Shown here: positions 63,533 to 64,000 of the stretch, one piece after another
How positions within the stretch are numbered: the stretch's first letter is position 1
Layout: every line of letters starts with the position of its first letter
Assembly: GCA_030770535.1 (NCBI GenBank)
Contig: JASVEC010000025.1
Coordinates: 62,001 to 126,000, forward strand
Source: Batkoa obscura
Lineage: Eukaryota
Length of the DNA: 64,000 bases
Reading direction: 5' to 3'
The notes under the pieces: generated by a model
What the model was told of the DNA's origin: nothing
Seen by the model: the letters and a program-made list of their open reading frames with translations, nothing else
The model's database searches: none
Position numbers and translations under genes: made by a program

Positions 63533-64000
63533 TGTGAAATATTGCTCTATTTAGCTCTATTTAGCTCTCAGATTGATTATAACACAACAATCACTTAAGT
63601 TGTTGTATTCTCAAGTTCAAACACAATCAATTCAGAGTTCCTTATTTTGATTTGCTGCGAGAATTTATAACTTCATATTGTAAAGAATATTATCTCCTTT
63701 TAATATCCATACTTATTGGAGTATAAAAGAGATCCTTCAATATGATAACTCGAGGCTTTTTAACTGAATTACTCCCTGATATCATACTATTAATAAAGTC
63801 ACTAAGTCTTTCTGACAACATCTTATATAGATTTTACAGTAGTATCTTCCATTGTATTTGTTTACATAATTCATAGCTTATTACGTACTATTTCTATTAA
63901 GTTAAGTCTATCTTAGTTACATAAACTAAGACCGTTCGACTCAAGGCAAGTTAATTAAGCAAGAGTAGCTTTTAACTTCGACCACTAAGTATCAACTTTC
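63533..64000. mobile_element. Second solo LTR copy, inverted, cut about 3 bp short by the window edge
   Basis: Reverse complement of 62094-62551 with an identical core of ~410 bp. Confidence 0.78.

Noticed and set aside
62091..64000. DIRS-type retroelement or foldback element with inverted termini
   Set aside because: Each arm has its own TG...CA ends and the spacer has no RT or recombinase remnant; two solo LTRs fit better, though this is not excluded.

Overview
Very AT-rich eukaryotic (fungal) nuclear DNA with many short (~45-60 nt) GT-AG introns. An early-diverging fungus, perhaps Entomophthoromycota (Conidiobolus-like), is inferred from gene content and style, not shown. About 28 mostly housekeeping genes are tightly packed: POL2, TIM8, an FHA-pseudokinase, an OCA-family phosphatase, a MAPR/cytochrome b5-like protein, MPP6, SF3B5, PRKRIP1, a thioesterase, SHO1, UTR4, a UBL3-like protein, cytochrome c, MIC10, SMC4, TBCE, an ANKRD39-like protein, an atypical B-type cyclin, a PHD/PZP protein, a subtilisin, an aldo-keto reductase, SRP68, MOB1, ATX1, an Mmc1-like protein and asparagine synthetase, plus tRNA-Ala(AGC). 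Gene-poor islands (about 20.4-24.4, 26.5-34.5, 42.4-44.3 and 61-64 kb) hold most of the unusual material: a secreted protein built from nine copies of an unrecognised 6-Cys module; a ~100-bp MITE family (14 copies) with demonstrable 4-bp target duplications; a Tc1/pogo-type non-autonomous element with nested MITEs; a fold-back palindrome; two inverted solo LTRs whose target duplications look swapped (inversion signature); and decayed pseudogenes. All exon boundaries and alignments were read by eye and may be off by a few bases.
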